Assembly (NCBI GenBank): GCA_900547005.1
Contig: URER01000003.1
Span: 26,376-90,375, forward strand
DNA length: 64,000 nt
Origin: an uncultured Prevotella sp.
GTDB taxonomy: Bacteria; Bacteroidota; Bacteroidia; Bacteroidales; Bacteroidaceae
Direction of reading: 5' to 3'
Position numbers and translations under genes: made by a program
The notes under the pieces: generated by a model
The model's database searches: none
What the model saw: the letters and a program-made list of their open reading frames with translations, nothing else
Told to the model about the DNA's origin: nothing
Shown here: positions 61,876 to 64,000 of the stretch, piece by piece
Layout of the letters: each line of letters starts with the position of its first letter
How positions within the stretch are numbered: position 1 is the stretch's first letter

Positions 61876-63166
61876 CAGCTTCGTAACCGCCCATTTCGCG
61901 GATTGCGTTCTTTAACATCGTGTATTGCTGGAACAAGTTGTTCACAGCCTCCTCATTCTTCGTGTAATCGTGCATCGGACTCTTCAGATAGAAACTCAGG
62001 AACCGCTGTATGCCGTAGCGTCCGGCACGTGCCGCGAGGTCGCTGAGCAAGCAGAGGTCGAGCAAAAGCGGTGCGGCAAGAATAGAATCGCGGCACAGGA
62101 AGTTTATCTTTATCTGCATGGGATAGCCCATCCATCCGTAGATGTCGATGTTGTCCCATCCTTCCTTGTCGTCGTTGCGTGGAGGATAATAGTTTATCCT
62201 CACCTTATGATAGATGTCGCCGTAAAGATCCGGCTGTTCGTCGGCTTTCAGAATGGTCTCCAATGTCGACAGCTTGCTCACCTCCTTAGTGTGAAAATTC
62301 TCCGGTTCGTCGAGCACAAGACCGTCGCGGTTGCCCAAGATGTTGGTCGAGAACCATCCAGAAAGACCCAAACAACGTGTTCCGATGATTGGGGCGAAGC
62401 CACTTTTCACGAGCGTCTGACCCGTCTTGAAGTCCTTGCCGGCTATCGGCATCTTCGTCTTTTCGGCCATCTCCCACATCGCCGGGATGTCTACCGTCGT
62501 GTTAGGAGCGCCCATTATGAACGGTGCGCCCTCGGCCAAAGCAGCGTAAGCGTAGCACATGGAAGGTGCAACGTGCTTTCGGTCGTCCTCGCGCATGGCT
62601 TTTTCGAGTGCTGCAAGACTGCCGTGATACAGCTCATCGTATGGCACGTAAATCTCGGTAGATGCCGCCCATATCACCACGATGCGGTCGCAGTTGTGTG
62701 CCTGCTTGAATCCCGCGATGTCGCGGCGCAGTGCTTCCACCATGTTCCAGCGTGTCTTGCTGTCCTTCACGTTGTCGCCGTCGAGTCGTTTGGCGTAGTT
62801 CTTGTCGAAAGCGGCCTTCATCGGGACGATGGCTTCAAGTTCCTCGCGCACAGGTTCAATGTCTTTGGCCTTCAAAACCTCGGCATAAACGGCTGCCTGA
62901 TATGCGTTTTGCGGATAAACATCCCATGTTCCGAACACAATATCATCGAGTTTGGCAAGTGGAACGATATCTGAATAATGCAGATACTGCTTGCTTGCGC
63001 CTTTCCCTACACGTATCTTATCATATTGGGTCATTGAACCGATGGGCTTTGCGAGTCCTTTTCGTGCCATGAGTACACCTGTCATGAATGTTGTAGACAC
63101 AGCGCCGCAACCCACAACCATGATTCCTAACCTGCCTGTTGCCGGCTTCACATTCGTTTGTTTCAT
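61859..63166 (-). CDS. ino1: myo-Inositol-3-phosphate synthase
   Basis: GCGAV, GKDFKTGQT, NILGNRDG and DSILAAP. Confidence 0.94.
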   Translation of the reverse strand: MKQTNVKPATGRLGIMVVGCGAVSTTFMTGVLMARKGLAKPIGSMTQYDKIRVGKGASKQYLHYSDIVPLAKLDDIVFGTWDVYPQNAYQAAVYAEVLKAKDIEPVREELEAIVPMKAAFDKNYAKRLDGDNVKDSKTRWNMVEALRRDIAGFKQAHNCDRIVVIWAASTEIYVPYDELYHGSLAALEKAMREDDRKHVAPSMCYAYAALAEGAPFIMGAPNTTVDIPAMWEMAEKTKMPIAGKDFKTGQTLVKSGFAPIIGTRCLGLSGWFSTNILGNRDGLVLDEPENFHTKEVSKLSTLETILKADEQPDLYGDIYHKVRINYYPPRNDDKEGWDNIDIYGWMGYPMQIKINFLCRDSILAAPLLLDLCLLSDLAARAGRYGIQRFLSFYLKSPMHDYTKNEEAVNNLFQQYTMLKNAIREMGGYEADEEID

Positions 63167-63294
63167 TATTCCCTCCAAAATAAATGTCCTTTTTAATGAT
63201 GTTTCAGTGGCAATTCTGTATATCCATGATAATGATTTATACGGATTTCCTGACAGCCACTGGTATATATAACGTTATTATTCGCGATTTATTA

Positions 63295-63999
63295 TTATTG
63301 TATTATCTCCGTTAAATCACTGATTATCCGGTCTGCCAGACTTGTATCTTCCAGCTTGTCGGTCCATCCTTCACCTTTTATCCACACCGTCTGACATCCC
63401 AACCGTCTTGCCGGCGCGATGTCTTTTGATATGCTGTCGCCTACGACGGTAATCTCTTCGGGCGACAATCCGAGTGCATCAACACCCAGTTGGAATATCC
63501 GAGTATCCGGCTTCCTTATCCCCACGACAGCCGATTCCACCACCGTGTTGAACAGTCCGGACAGTCCGAACTCCTCAAGCACCACAGGAAGGTTGCCGTA
63601 GAAGTTGCTTACAAGAATGATAGGATATGATTCTTTCAACTTAACGAGCACTTCCTTGCTCTGTGCCGTTATTGTTCTTACACGCTCATAAAGGTCGTCA
63701 AGCACTGCCGCCTGCATACTTGCAAGACAGAAATTGCTGTTGCACAGATAGCCTTTTGCCTGCAAGTACTCAAATTCTATGCGCAGTTTCACCTCCAACG
63801 TCTTGCGAAACGTGTAGTCCGTTTGTATTATCGGGTTCTTTCCAAGAGTGCGTTCAGCAAACACGTAAGCCTCCCTGAACTGCTCTTCTGTTACCGGAAT
63901 GCTTTGTCTCTCGTAGGCGTGCCACAGCATTTTGCCCCAATGACAGCCTGCGGTGTCGAGCGTTCCGCCGTAATCGAATATGTAACCTTTTGTCTTCAT
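63295..63999 (-). CDS. HAD-family hydrolase
   Basis: FDYGGTLDT, VSNF, KPD and VGDS...DI. Confidence 0.9.
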   Translation of the reverse strand: MKTKGYIFDYGGTLDTAGCHWGKMLWHAYERQSIPVTEEQFREAYVFAERTLGKNPIIQTDYTFRKTLEVKLRIEFEYLQAKGYLCNSNFCLASMQAAVLDDLYERVRTITAQSKEVLVKLKESYPIILVSNFYGNLPVVLEEFGLSGLFNTVVESAVVGIRKPDTRIFQLGVDALGLSPEEITVVGDSISKDIAPARRLGCQTVWIKGEGWTDKLEDTSLADRIISDLTEIIQ

Positions 64000-64000
64000 G

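Overview
A mostly housekeeping chromosomal window from a Bacteroidales bacterium, probably Prevotella-like, judged from gene content, TAnnTTTG -7 promoter boxes and tRNA forms. It holds about 55 CDS (TamL/TamB, fabG, purD, DPP-IV, rlmL, cysE, ribH, recF, pheS, murB, thrS, def, thiL, lpxK, sppA, rplU/rpmA, a GH2 with LacI regulator, inositol-3-phosphate synthase and others), three tRNAs (fMet, Thr, Phe) and the SRP RNA. I found no transposase, integrase, CRISPR array or prophage. The unusual content is intergenic. (1) Three diverged copies of a ~530-bp non-coding element (about 18.3, 32.0 and 42.8 kb) carry a core of 22-bp-phased 7-1-7 palindromes. (2) Three further arrays with different sequences share the same ~22-bp period (8.6, 54.77 and 54.88 kb). 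(3) Several gene-less inverted-repeat or MITE-like elements are present. (4) Two promoter-to-terminator units without ORFs (53.0 and 58.7 kb) each lie downstream of a LacI-type operator and share an AU-rich motif, suggesting a LacI-controlled sRNA pair around the GH2 locus. All product calls come from motifs read by eye and gene context; no database search was run.
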